The notes under the pieces are model-generated. The model saw nothing but the letters and a program-made list of their open reading frames with translations, ran no database searches and was not told the DNA's origin. 64,000 bases of DNA from IMG/VR virus record IMGVR_UViG_3300028394_000035; one strand, written 5' to 3'. The stretch's first letter is position 1, and the number at the start of each line of letters is the position of its first letter. Origin of the DNA: a virus. Shown in pieces: positions 37,899 through 46,842 of the stretch. The position numbers were made by a program, and so were the translations under genes.

Positions 37899-38594
37899 AT
37901 GAAAATTGACTTACATAAATTCTTTCAGTATTACGATGAGAAGAATCCAAAACACGTTGCAGCAGTAGAGCAACTTGAATTGGACTTGATTGATTCACCA
38001 TTAAGTGAGGATACCTCAAACTGGGTTAGAATTTTTAGAACAAAAATAGAAAAACCCAAGTCTGATATTCGTTTAGAAGTTCCTTATTATCCACAGACTG
38101 ATAATTATACAAATGCAGAACGAACTTGTAACTCATCTGCCTGTGCGATGTGTCTTGAGTATTTCAAGCCAGGAACTCTTAAAGGAACAAAAGGAGATGA
38201 TGCTTATATTCAAAAAGTATTTGCCATCGGTGATACAACTGACCATTCCGTACAGACAAAAGTTCTCGCAAATTATGGAATTCAGTCAAATTTTAGTTAT
38301 AATCTTTCTTTTGCTGATCTTGATAAAAGTCTTAGTGCTGGCAAACCTGTTGTTATTGGCATCCTACATCGTGGTTCTTTGTCTAATCCTACGGGCGGCC
38401 ACATGGTTGTAGTGATTGGTAAGACCCAGAGTGGTGACTATGTTGTAAATGACCCTTATGGATCTTTGAATGATGGTTATACAGGTGATGTTTATAATGG
38501 CAAAGGTGCTATCTATAAGAAATCAGATCTATCTGCTCGTTGGTGCCCAAATGGTAATGATGGGTGGGGAAGAATCTTTGATGTAAAAAAGTAG
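37899..38594 (+). CDS. Peptidase C39-like protein (short product of the frameshift locus)
   Basis: QTDN...TCNSSACAM (Cys), GGHMVV (His), NDPYG (Asp); ends in VKK at A_AAA_AAG-TAG. Confidence 0.88.
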   Translation: MKIDLHKFFQYYDEKNPKHVAAVEQLELDLIDSPLSEDTSNWVRIFRTKIEKPKSDIRLEVPYYPQTDNYTNAERTCNSSACAMCLEYFKPGTLKGTKGDDAYIQKVFAIGDTTDHSVQTKVLANYGIQSNFSYNLSFADLDKSLSAGKPVVIGILHRGSLSNPTGGHMVVVIGKTQSGDYVVNDPYGSLNDGYTGDVYNGKGAIYKKSDLSARWCPNGNDGWGRIFDVKK

Positions 38595-39061
38595 AAAACT
38601 CTATTCCTAATAAAGGAGTAGATCTTATTAAAGAGTTTGAGGGTTGTCATTTACAGGCATATCCAGATCCTCTATCAGGTAATCTTCCGATTACTATTGG
38701 TTGGGGAAGCACCAGAGATTTGAATGGAAAACCATTTAAACTGGGTCAAAAGATATCACAAAAAGTTGCTGATGATCTTTTGATATCTCAGATTGAAAAA
38801 GAATTTCTTCCTACACTTTCAAAAATACCTTATTGGAGTGAGATGTCTGATGGACAACGTGCTGCACTTCTTAGTTTTTCTTATAACCTCGGTGCTGATT
38901 TCTATGGTTCTGCAGATTTTACTACAATATCTGCTAGATTAAAAAATAAAGAATGGGATAAAGTTCCTGATGCTTTGTATCTTTATCGTAATCCTGGGTC
39001 AAATGTAGAAGCAGGATTAGCACGAAGAAGAAAAGCAGAAGGAAAACTTTGGGTTTCTTAA
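38582..39061 (+). CDS. GH24 lysozyme domain with no start codon, predicted to be reached by -1 frameshift
   Basis: Open frame from 38582: IKEFEGCHLQAYPDP...ITIGWG, ALLSFSYNLG, GLARRRKAE; no ATG/GTG/TTG before the catalytic Glu. Confidence 0.88.
   Translation, partial: CKKVENSIPNKGVDLIKEFEGCHLQAYPDPLSGNLPITIGWGSTRDLNGKPFKLGQKISQKVADDLLISQIEKEFLPTLSKIPYWSEMSDGQRAALLSFSYNLGADFYGSADFTTISARLKNKEWDKVPDALYLYRNPGSNVEAGLARRRKAEGKLWVS
38585..38622 (+). promoter_or_regulatory. Candidate -1 ribosomal frameshift signal
   Basis: A_AAA_AAG heptamer, 8-nt spacer, 9-bp hairpin TCTATTCCT-AATAA-AGGAGTAGA. Confidence 0.75.
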
Positions 39062-39064
39062 TAC

Positions 39065-39256
39065 TTACAATCTTTCTTCTTTGTGTATCCAATCCTTAAG
39101 TTCTGAAACGTAGTCTCTTAATATCTGTGCCTTCTCTTCGTGCCACTTATCACCAGTTTCAAGGTATAATTTTGTATGATTATCAACTGCCTTTAGAATT
39201 CTGTGTATAGGTCCATTCCAGGGTTCTCTGGTAGGATTATTCCATTCCCTTGACAT
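39065..39256 (-). CDS. Small hypothetical protein
   Basis: 63-aa ORF filling the gap, converging on the lysozyme; TAAATA core upstream on the minus strand. Confidence 0.65.
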   Translation of the reverse strand: MSREWNNPTREPWNGPIHRILKAVDNHTKLYLETGDKWHEEKAQILRDYVSELKDWIHKEERL

Positions 39257-39328
39257 TGATGGGAAGCAATTTTAATTATTTAGATAAACCTGTTATGATA
39301 AATACTTAAAAAAAATAATATTATTTGA

Positions 39329-40408
39329 ATGAGTATTTTTACAAAAGCATTAAAACATTCAAAACCATCACATCAAATTGATGCAAAGATTGATTTATTT
39401 AATTATAAATTAAAAAAAACCAAATTGGGTGAGGCAATTGCAAACACCACTAGTGGTGTTTATAGCATAACTCAAGATATTCCTGAAAAACCTTATGTTC
39501 CACCAACAAATACTGAAGTTCCCGATTCCAGTGGAATTACTGGAAATGGATTTAATCAACCAACAGAGGGTGGAATTTACAATGATCCTAACACATGGGA
39601 TAGTGGATGGAACAATAATGATTATTTAAAAAATCCCAATGAAATTAATGGAGAAACTGATAGACCAATTGTTGCTACTGTTCCTGGTTCTCCTTATGAT
39701 AATGCAGGATATGGTGGAATTGTAACTTATAGTGGATATTTTGGAACAAGCGTTGGATATATTACTGCAGGTAATCAATATAGACAAATTTTAGTTGGAG
39801 GTCTTATTGGAGGAACTGAAGATCCTACTGCTCCAAACGCAAGATCACCAGGGGCTGGTGGTTATTATGGTGGTTTAACTGATGCTCAACATAATTATGC
39901 GATGGAATTTTGGAGAAGATACCAATCGATAGTAAATGTGGCAGGATCAAGATCACTAAGTGTTTGGAACACATACAATAGATTTCATGATTTTCAGAGA
40001 GGTGGTGAGTATGCTACTTGGACTGGTGGTCCAAAAAAAGATGGGATGATATTAACTCAGGTCAACCTTCTTGTTCACCCACAAACTTATGAGTCTGATC
40101 CTGGCTCTCCATATGAACGAGGATATACCACTTTAATATCTAGAAATGGATTGGGAGATTCCAATTATTATTCAGGACCAATTCCAAGTAAAATAGGAGA
40201 GGTATGGAATTTAAGTCCAGAAGCTTATAATCAGATGATTGCTGGTTCATTATCTGGAGCAAGAAATTCTGCTGGTGATAAACCAATAGATGCTAAAGGA
40301 CCACATAGTCCAATTAAAGATTATGGTGGAAATATGCGTTTTGGCCCATCAGGACCATCTAGAGATCCCTGGAGTCCAACGGGTTTATATAAAGCACCAG
40401 GAGCATAA
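39329..40408 (+). CDS. Gly/Pro-rich hypothetical late/virion protein
   Basis: Long ORF; GATAAATA upstream; KLGEA xxE site. Confidence 0.65.
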   Translation: MSIFTKALKHSKPSHQIDAKIDLFNYKLKKTKLGEAIANTTSGVYSITQDIPEKPYVPPTNTEVPDSSGITGNGFNQPTEGGIYNDPNTWDSGWNNNDYLKNPNEINGETDRPIVATVPGSPYDNAGYGGIVTYSGYFGTSVGYITAGNQYRQILVGGLIGGTEDPTAPNARSPGAGGYYGGLTDAQHNYAMEFWRRYQSIVNVAGSRSLSVWNTYNRFHDFQRGGEYATWTGGPKKDGMILTQVNLLVHPQTYESDPGSPYERGYTTLISRNGLGDSNYYSGPIPSKIGEVWNLSPEAYNQMIAGSLSGARNSAGDKPIDAKGPHSPIKDYGGNMRFGPSGPSRDPWSPTGLYKAPGA

Positions 40409-40411
40409 AAA

Positions 40412-40948
40412 ATGGAAAACAAATACCCCAAATTATCTCTTCAAGATTTAACAAAAGGAGTCAATTTTTCTGCTAAAGAAATATTGGAATATAAAGAGAT
40501 AATAGATAAATTGAATAAAATTGCCGAAGAAAATCCAGAATATATTGACCATCTAAGAGAAAGATATCCCAAAAATGATCCAAGACTTTCTCAAATTAGA
40601 TATAAATTGGATGGAATGCTTTCAGCATCCGATGAATATATTGATACACATTTTCCAGAAAATGAAAAATTATTTAAAAAACTTCAACAATCTATTAAAA
40701 GAAATATCAAACTTACTGATCCAAAGAATTTTAAAAATACTACAAAAGTAATAACATTTTTTAAATTGAATTCTGTAGAATATGTAACAAAAAATGCTTC
40801 TGAGATTAAAAAGAGAATATATCTTCCAAAAAATAAAAACAAAAGTGTCGCTAGATTTTTTAAAAAAGAAAAACAAAAAAATAAAATTGAAGAAAAACTC
40901 AAAATACTTAATAAAGAATTAAAAAAAACTGGAATGAGTTTAGAATAA
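40412..40948 (+). CDS. Lys-rich hypothetical protein
   Basis: 178-aa ORF with YPKNDPRL motif. Confidence 0.65.
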   Translation: MENKYPKLSLQDLTKGVNFSAKEILEYKEIIDKLNKIAEENPEYIDHLRERYPKNDPRLSQIRYKLDGMLSASDEYIDTHFPENEKLFKKLQQSIKRNIKLTDPKNFKNTTKVITFFKLNSVEYVTKNASEIKKRIYLPKNKNKSVARFFKKEKQKNKIEEKLKILNKELKKTGMSLE

Positions 40949-40979
40949 ATATCTTCATAGAAAGTATCTAAGGTAAATA

Positions 40980-41894
40980 GTGTCTGATAATCATATAGAA
41001 TCACAACTTTCTGATTTCTTTTCCTTAATTGGAAGTGAAAAAAGAAAACAAAAAGAAGAAATGGATTCTCTGATTGGAGACTCATTTGAAAAACTTTTCT
41101 GGGAGCAACTTAAACCTCATAAAACCCCAGAGCAATTAGCAAAGAAGCATAAGGTTCCTCTACCTCAAATCAAAAATCAACTCAAAAAAGGAACAAAAGT
41201 AGAGAAAGAACATACAAAAAATATAGAATTAGCAACTACCATAGCATCTCAACATATTGATGAGTTGCCGGATTATTATGACCGTTTATCAAAAGCAGAA
41301 AAGAAACCAATCAAAGAAGAAGTTATTACTGAAGGTCTCTTAAATATTCTACCACAAGAAAAAACATTAGACCCTCTCACACCTCTTAATCAAAACTTTG
41401 CAACACTTGATGACTTACAAAATCATTATAAACTTTTTCTTAATCGTATTCAGCAACAACTTTCTACATTAGGTGGTGGTGGTGAAACTCGTTTAGAATT
41501 TCTTGACGATGTTGATAGAAATACTGCAAAGACCGATAATTATTTTCTCAAATATAATGCGTCTCTGAATAAGTGGGTAGGAGACGCTGCTGATGGTGTT
41601 GGTATTACAAGTATTGTATCCATCACAGGAGTTACTACATACTATCAGGCAACAGATACTGATGATTATATTGGAGTAAATGCAAGTGTTCCTGTAACAA
41701 TAGTTCTTCCAACATCTCCAAGTATAGGTAAAAAAATCATCGTCAAAGACGAGGGAAATAATATATCTACATATAGTATTACAGTTCAAGCAGGTATTGG
41801 TAAAAGTGTTGAGAATGATACTTCGGTGATTATGAATATCAATCACCAATCCCTAACTTATTTTTATAATAATTCTAACTGGTTTTTAATCTAA
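40980..41894 (+). CDS. Modular hypothetical protein with DUF5661-like domain
   Basis: QLKKGTKVEKEH...ASQHIDELPDYYDRL, GGGGETRLEFLDDV, C-terminal beta-rich module. Confidence 0.65.
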   Translation: MSDNHIESQLSDFFSLIGSEKRKQKEEMDSLIGDSFEKLFWEQLKPHKTPEQLAKKHKVPLPQIKNQLKKGTKVEKEHTKNIELATTIASQHIDELPDYYDRLSKAEKKPIKEEVITEGLLNILPQEKTLDPLTPLNQNFATLDDLQNHYKLFLNRIQQQLSTLGGGGETRLEFLDDVDRNTAKTDNYFLKYNASLNKWVGDAADGVGITSIVSITGVTTYYQATDTDDYIGVNASVPVTIVLPTSPSIGKKIIVKDEGNNISTYSITVQAGIGKSVENDTSVIMNINHQSLTYFYNNSNWFLI

Positions 41895-41895
41895 T

Positions 41896-42723
41896 ATGTC
41901 ATATAATCCTCTTCCCCAACCATCACAATCTGTAATTCTTACAGGTGCAGGAAATACATTAGTAAGTTTTGCTAATCCATTTCCAGTATCATTAGGTTCT
42001 TCTAATATTACAATTACTGGTGACGTAAATGTAGGAACAACAGTATCAGTCACAAGTACTCCACAAGACCCAGTACATACTCATATTACAGAAGTTGGTT
42101 CAAGTGGAATTTTACAAAACTTGGGTGTTCCTTATATACCTGTTGGTGTTGGAACAGTAAATCTAAATCTTTCATATCTTCCAGTAGGTATATCAACTTT
42201 TAATAATACTATAATTATTGAAGAACCTGCAGGAAGTTTATATGCCTTTAACAATCACGCAACACATACAAATCGTGGTTGGACTATGGATGATACAATG
42301 AGACCTGTAATGAGTATTAGAGTGAATAGTTCTGGAACTACTACATCAGACTTGGCAGAAATTGTTGATTATCAACTTGGAAATAATAATGCAAATCAAA
42401 GCACTATCATCTATGAGTGGTATGAAGGTAATATTAATATTGCTGGAGCAGCAATTCCTGATTGGACTTCATTAGGAACAAAATTACAATATAGAATATA
42501 TCAAGATAAGTATAGTAGTAATGCGGGAAATACCTTCACACAAAATAGTTCTATTTTAAGACATACTGGAATTGTTATTGGAAAAAATGCTGATAGTGAT
42601 GAGGGCCCGTCAACTTTATATGGAGGAGCAACTCCAAATATGCTCACTCTTTGTATAAGAAGAGTTGATAATGCAACAAAATTGGATATTTGGTTTGCTT
42701 TTACTTGTAAGGAATTATCGTAA
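41896..42723 (+). CDS. Putative virion structural protein
   Basis: MSYNPLPQP start; Thr/Ser/Asn-rich beta composition. Confidence 0.6.
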   Translation: MSYNPLPQPSQSVILTGAGNTLVSFANPFPVSLGSSNITITGDVNVGTTVSVTSTPQDPVHTHITEVGSSGILQNLGVPYIPVGVGTVNLNLSYLPVGISTFNNTIIIEEPAGSLYAFNNHATHTNRGWTMDDTMRPVMSIRVNSSGTTTSDLAEIVDYQLGNNNANQSTIIYEWYEGNINIAGAAIPDWTSLGTKLQYRIYQDKYSSNAGNTFTQNSSILRHTGIVIGKNADSDEGPSTLYGGATPNMLTLCIRRVDNATKLDIWFAFTCKELS

Positions 42724-42739
42724 ATATTAATTATTACTT

Positions 42740-42900
42740 ATTGACCTTTTATTACAAAAGATAAGGGAAAAAAGAGAACATCAAGTTTTTTCTCAAGAAA
42801 GTTTGGATAAAAGAAGTGAAAGTATGAAGAAGCACTGCCAGTCTCATACTTGGTCCAGAAAAAATAAAGATGAGTATTTATGCTGATTGACCTTTTATTA
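42740..42900 (+). repeat. 15-bp direct repeat ATTGACCTTTTATTA (42740-42754 and 42886-42900)
   Basis: Exact match read directly. Confidence 0.92.
42755..42886 (+). pseudogene. Relic of a homing-endonuclease C-terminal (NUMOD3-like) segment
   Basis: Start-less frame QKIREKREHQVFSQESLDKRSESMKKHCQSHTWSRKNKDEYLC* lying exactly between the repeats. Confidence 0.55.
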
Positions 42901-42915
42901 AGATTGTATTATACT
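42887..42915 (+). promoter_or_regulatory. Sigma70-type psbA promoter overlapping a late core TAAATA
   Basis: TTGACC-17 nt-TATACT, immediately followed by AAATA. Confidence 0.78.
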
Positions 42916-42964
42916 AAATAAGTTAGGAAATGAAGATAAAACTTTACGATTCCTCACATTCCCG

Positions 42965-43060
42965 CTAACCAAGACCTATGGGAATTCAAATACGTCTTTT
43001 TACCTACACTGGAGGGTGGTGTAGGAATATCGTCACCAGTTCGTTCCCCCGAACTCATAT
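42965..43060 (+). ncRNA. PhotoRC-II-like psbA 5' leader RNA
   Basis: AAGAC/GTCTT stem, CCTACAC-TGGAGGGTG-GTGTAGG hairpin, GTTCCCC; location upstream of phage psbA. Confidence 0.65.
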
Positions 43061-43079
43061 TTACTACCCTTTTAATTCA

Positions 43080-44165
43080 ATGACTACTGCTACAATTGCT
43101 ACACGCTCTAATACTACTAATTTATGGAATCATTTCTGTGAGTGGGTAACCTCAACTGACAATCGTTTATATGTTGGTTGGTTTGGTGTATTGTGTATTC
43201 CAACATTACTTGCTGCTACTGTATGTTTCATTATTGCCTTCATCGGTGCTCCTCCTGTGGACATAGATGGTATTCGTGAACCTGTCGCTGGATCTTTACT
43301 CTATGGAAACAACATTATCTCAGGAGCCGTTGTCCCCTCCTCCAATGCAATCGGACTACATTTCTATCCAATTTGGGAAGCTGCTTCCCTTGATGAATGG
43401 CTCTACAATGGGGGTCCGTTCCAACTCGTCGTGTTCCACTTCCTCATTGGCATCTATGCTTACATGGGACGAGAATGGGAACTTAGCTATCGATTAGGTA
43501 TGCGTCCTTGGATCTGTATTGCGTATTCAGCACCAGTTGCTGCTGCCTCTGCTGTATTCCTTGTGTATCCTTTTGGTCAAGGTTCTTTTAGTGATGCGAT
43601 GCCTTTGGGTATCTCAGGCACATTCAACTATATGTTGGTATTCCAGGCAGAACACAACATCCTTATGCACCCTTTTCATATGATGGGAGTTGCTGGTGTC
43701 TTCGGTGGTTCATTATTCTCTGCGATGCATGGTTCACTTGTAACCTCTTCATTGGTTCGTGAAACCACAGAAACCGAAAGTCAGAACTACGGTTATAAGT
43801 TTGGACAAGAAGAAGAGACCTATAATATTGTTGCTGCTCACGGATACTTTGGAAGACTTATTTTCCAATATGCTTCGTTCAACAACTCACGTTCACTTCA
43901 CTTCTTCCTTGCTGCCTGGCCTGTTGTAGGCATCTGGTTCACTGCTCTTGGTGTATCCACGATGGCATTCAACCTTAATGGATTTAATTTTAACCAGTCT
44001 ATCGTTGATAGTCAGGGACGTGTTGTAAACACCTGGGCTGATATTCTTAATCGTGCTGGTCTCGGTTTAGAAGTGATGCATGAAAGAAATGCACATAATT
44101 TTCCTTTGGACCTTGCTGCTGCCGAGTTAACTCCTGTTGCTCTTACTGCACCTGCAATCGGTTGA
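43080..44165 (+). CDS. psbA: Photosystem II D1 protein
   Basis: [36 protein letters not shown]; uninterrupted; ATG at 43080. Confidence 0.99.
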   Translation: MTTATIATRSNTTNLWNHFCEWVTSTDNRLYVGWFGVLCIPTLLAATVCFIIAFIGAPPVDIDGIREPVAGSLLYGNNIISGAVVPSSNAIGLHFYPIWEAASLDEWLYNGGPFQLVVFHFLIGIYAYMGREWELSYRLGMRPWICIAYSAPVAAASAVFLVYPFGQGSFSDAMPLGISGTFNYMLVFQAEHNILMHPFHMMGVAGVFGGSLFSAMHGSLVTSSLVRETTETESQNYGYKFGQEEETYNIVAAHGYFGRLIFQYASFNNSRSLHFFLAAWPVVGIWFTALGVSTMAFNLNGFNFNQSIVDSQGRVVNTWADILNRAGLGLEVMHERNAHNFPLDLAAAELTPVALTAPAIG

Positions 44166-44186
44166 TCTAAAAACATGTTATAATAA

Positions 44187-44213
44187 AGGGGTCTTATAAG
44201 ACCCCTATTTTTT
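44187..44213 (+). terminator. Terminator (perfect 20-bp palindrome plus T run)
   Basis: AGGGGTCTTATAAGACCCCT-ATTTTTT. Confidence 0.85.
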
Positions 44214-44233
44214 CCACTGAATTGTAAAGTTTT

Positions 44234-44476
44234 ATGATAGGCAACTTATCCCCAGAGGATCGTGTAATGACGGGACTACCTGAATTTTTTGAACAAACTT
44301 CAAATGAACCTTATGTGAGACATGACTATAAGTTATGCTATACAACAGGAAAAACAGAAGTTTATAGTGACTACGAAGATCTTAGAAATGCCTGGTGGAA
44401 TATTCCTGATGTTCTGAGATCTCATTGCGAAGTCTTAGATAAAAAAACAAAACAAAAATCAAAAGGATTTAATTAA
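44234..44476 (+). CDS. Hypothetical protein between psbA and psbD
   Basis: 80-aa ORF, stop abuts the psbD ATG. Confidence 0.7.
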   Translation: MIGNLSPEDRVMTGLPEFFEQTSNEPYVRHDYKLCYTTGKTEVYSDYEDLRNAWWNIPDVLRSHCEVLDKKTKQKSKGFN

Positions 44477-45538
44477 ATGACATCATCAACACTTTCATTT
44501 CCAAATCAACAACGAGGATGGTTCGATGTACTCGACGACTGGCTTAAACGGGATCGTTTCATATTTGTTGGATGGTCTGGACTCCTTCTTTTTCCCACTG
44601 CTTATCTTGCTCTTGGTGGTTGGTTGACTGGAACTTCGTTTGTTTCATCGTGGTATACGCACGGTATTGCTTCTAGTTATTTGGAAGGTTGCAACTTCTT
44701 AACATCTGCAGTATCGACCCCAGCAGATTCTATGGGTCATTCTCTTATGCTTCTCTGGGGTCCTGAAGCTCAGGGCGATATTGTCAGGTGGTTCCAACTT
44801 GGTGGACTTTGGCCCTTTGTTGCTCTCCACGGTGCCTTCAGTCTGATCGGGTTTATGCTACGTCAGTTTGAAATTTCACGTTTAGTGGGAATCAGACCAT
44901 ATAATGCTATTGCGTTCTCTGGTCCTATTGCTGTATTCGTTTCAGTATTTCTCATCTATCCACTGGGACAATCCAGTTGGTTCTTTGCTCCAAGTTTTGG
45001 AGTGGCAGCAATCTTTAGATTTCTTTTATTCCTTCAAGGTTTCCACAACTGGACGCTTAATCCTTTCCACATGATGGGAGTAGCGGGCATCCTTGGTGGA
45101 GCATTGCTCTGTGCTATTCATGGAGCAACAGTTGAAAACACTTTATTTGAGGATGGAGATGGTGCAAACACTTTCAAGGCTTTTGAACCGACTCAAGAGG
45201 AAGAGACGTACTCTATGGTTACTGCTAACAGATTCTGGAGTCAGATCTTCGGTGTTGCTTTTAGTAATAAACGTTGGTTGCACTTTTTTATGCTTTTCGT
45301 TCCAGTTATGGGTCTCTGGGTTAGTTCTATTGGTATCATCGGTCTTGCACTTAATTTACGTGCATACGACTTTGTTAGTCAGGAGATTAGAGCGGCAGAG
45401 GACCCAGAGTTTGAGACGTTCTACACAAAAAATATCCTCCTTAATGAAGGTCTTAGAGCATGGTTATCAACAGCAGACCAACCTCATGAAAACTTCAACT
45501 TTCCCGAAGAAGTGATGCCAAGAGGGAATGCCTTATAA
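44477..45538 (+). CDS. psbD: Photosystem II D2 protein
   Basis: [44 protein letters not shown]. Confidence 0.99.
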   Translation: MTSSTLSFPNQQRGWFDVLDDWLKRDRFIFVGWSGLLLFPTAYLALGGWLTGTSFVSSWYTHGIASSYLEGCNFLTSAVSTPADSMGHSLMLLWGPEAQGDIVRWFQLGGLWPFVALHGAFSLIGFMLRQFEISRLVGIRPYNAIAFSGPIAVFVSVFLIYPLGQSSWFFAPSFGVAAIFRFLLFLQGFHNWTLNPFHMMGVAGILGGALLCAIHGATVENTLFEDGDGANTFKAFEPTQEEETYSMVTANRFWSQIFGVAFSNKRWLHFFMLFVPVMGLWVSSIGIIGLALNLRAYDFVSQEIRAAEDPEFETFYTKNILLNEGLRAWLSTADQPHENFNFPEEVMPRGNAL

Positions 45539-45653
45539 AATACTCAAATTAAAAACGGAAGGTTAAATCCAAAAATGGGGGGAAAAAATCTCCCCAAAAA
45601 TTTTACTCCAAAGAGTTTTTCATAATAATAAATAATGACAGATGCTTTCCTAA

Positions 45654-46025
45654 ATGGAACTCTATAATTCTTCTTCGGACTACTTGTTTAATTTACAAGC
45701 AACAAGTTCATCAGATGCAAAGAGAATGTGGAGACAATCAATCAAAGATAAATGGAAACATAAATGTGCTTATTGTGAAAGCACAGAATATCTAACAATA
45801 GACCATATAGTTCCGCAATCAAAAGGTGGAAGTGACTTTATTACAAATGTATTATGTTGTTGTAGAAGGTGTAATAACTCTAAGTCTCATATCAATTGGG
45901 AAGAGTGGTATGCCGAACAAGATTTCTTTACAGAAGAACGATATGATGTTATAATGAAATGGATGAAACCACAAACGAATTCTAATCTATATAAGTACAA
46001 ACCAAGAATGAATACGTCAACTTAA
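45654..46025 (+). CDS. Free-standing HNH endonuclease
   Basis: CAYC...TIDHIVPQSKGG...NVLCCCRRCNNSKS. Confidence 0.9.
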   Translation: MELYNSSSDYLFNLQATSSSDAKRMWRQSIKDKWKHKCAYCESTEYLTIDHIVPQSKGGSDFITNVLCCCRRCNNSKSHINWEEWYAEQDFFTEERYDVIMKWMKPQTNSNLYKYKPRMNTST

Positions 46026-46117
46026 TGGAATCTGAAAGTTTTATGCCCTTATTACACGTAAGGGCATTTATTATCTCAAATCTAGCAATTATTATCCCTA
46101 TTCTTTTTATCTTATGA
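46025..46117 (+). CDS. 30-aa hydrophobic micro-protein (not in ORF track)
   Basis: TAATG coupling at start, ATGA coupling at end; MESESFMPLLHVRAFIISNLAIIIPILFIL. Confidence 0.5.
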   Translation: MESESFMPLLHVRAFIISNLAIIIPILFIL

Positions 46118-46362
46118 CTTTTGTAGTTTATTCGAAAAGGCTTTGTCCTTATTGTGATAAAATTAAACAAATTTTAGAACACGTATCAGTAGAGAAAGGA
46201 CATTCGGTAGTCATTTATGATTTGAATACTCATTTTAATAAAGATGAGTTTTATGCTGAATTTGGAGAAGGTTCAACCTTTCCCCAAGTAGTTTGTGATG
46301 AAAAACATCTTGGCGGATGTTCAGATACAATTAAGCATCTACAAGAACATAATATGCTATAA
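46114..46362 (+). CDS. Glutaredoxin
   Basis: CPYC active site, TFPQV, GGCSD. Confidence 0.93.
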   Translation: MTFVVYSKRLCPYCDKIKQILEHVSVEKGHSVVIYDLNTHFNKDEFYAEFGEGSTFPQVVCDEKHLGGCSDTIKHLQEHNML

Positions 46363-46547
46363 TGTCTTCTATAAATAAGAATGTAGACCACGATGTAAAT
46401 CGTGGCGTAGAACTAATGCTTCGCAGGAGGGAGAAAACGGTTCCAGAAGAACTTCCACTACAAAGGTTCAATTTTGGCAAAGTTTTTTCTCTTTTTCAAA
46501 GGGAAATACGATTTAATTTTGAACTTTCTGTAATTCGTAAAACGTAA
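46362..46547 (+). CDS. Hypothetical protein
   Basis: NRGVELMLRRR motif; coupled start. Confidence 0.65.
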   Translation: MSSINKNVDHDVNRGVELMLRRREKTVPEELPLQRFNFGKVFSLFQREIRFNFELSVIRKT

Positions 46548-46565
46548 ATCTCTCGGAGAAATAAA

Positions 46566-46805
46566 ATGACCGCACCAGAACTCACCTTATTTTGTTTAGT
46601 TAGTTTTTTATTTTTATGTGTTGGTGGAGTTATCGGTTGGTTAGCAAAAAATCATTCCTTCGAAACGGAACCAAGAAATAGTGGTTGGTTACATCCTGAA
46701 TTTTTTGATTCTGATGGAAATGTAATTCCCGATGAAGTAATTTCAGTCAAATTTCAAGAAGGATATTTTGATAATGATGAAGATGACGAAGATGATGACG
46801 AATAG
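46566..46805 (+). CDS. Membrane-anchored protein with acidic tail
   Basis: TM helix, HPEFFDSDGNVIPDE, DDEDDEDDDE; GGAG RBS. Confidence 0.75.
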   Translation: MTAPELTLFCLVSFLFLCVGGVIGWLAKNHSFETEPRNSGWLHPEFFDSDGNVIPDEVISVKFQEGYFDNDEDDEDDDE

Positions 46806-46842
46806 ATAGATACTATATAAAATATATTGAATTTATAAAAAA

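Noticed and set aside
38592-38621. Stop-codon read-through or TAG recoding linking C39 to the lysozyme
   Set aside because: The zero frame hits another TAG at 38619 and does not encode lysozyme, and other genes end normally in TAG.
40921-40971. A_AAA_AAA slippery run near the end of ORF 40412
   Set aside because: The -1 frame stops at 40969 without joining the next gene. Poly-A Lys runs are common in this genome.
45571-45605. G-run/C-run hairpin after psbD as a novel element
   Set aside because: It is a weak stem, most simply a terminator-like sequence, with nothing further supportable.
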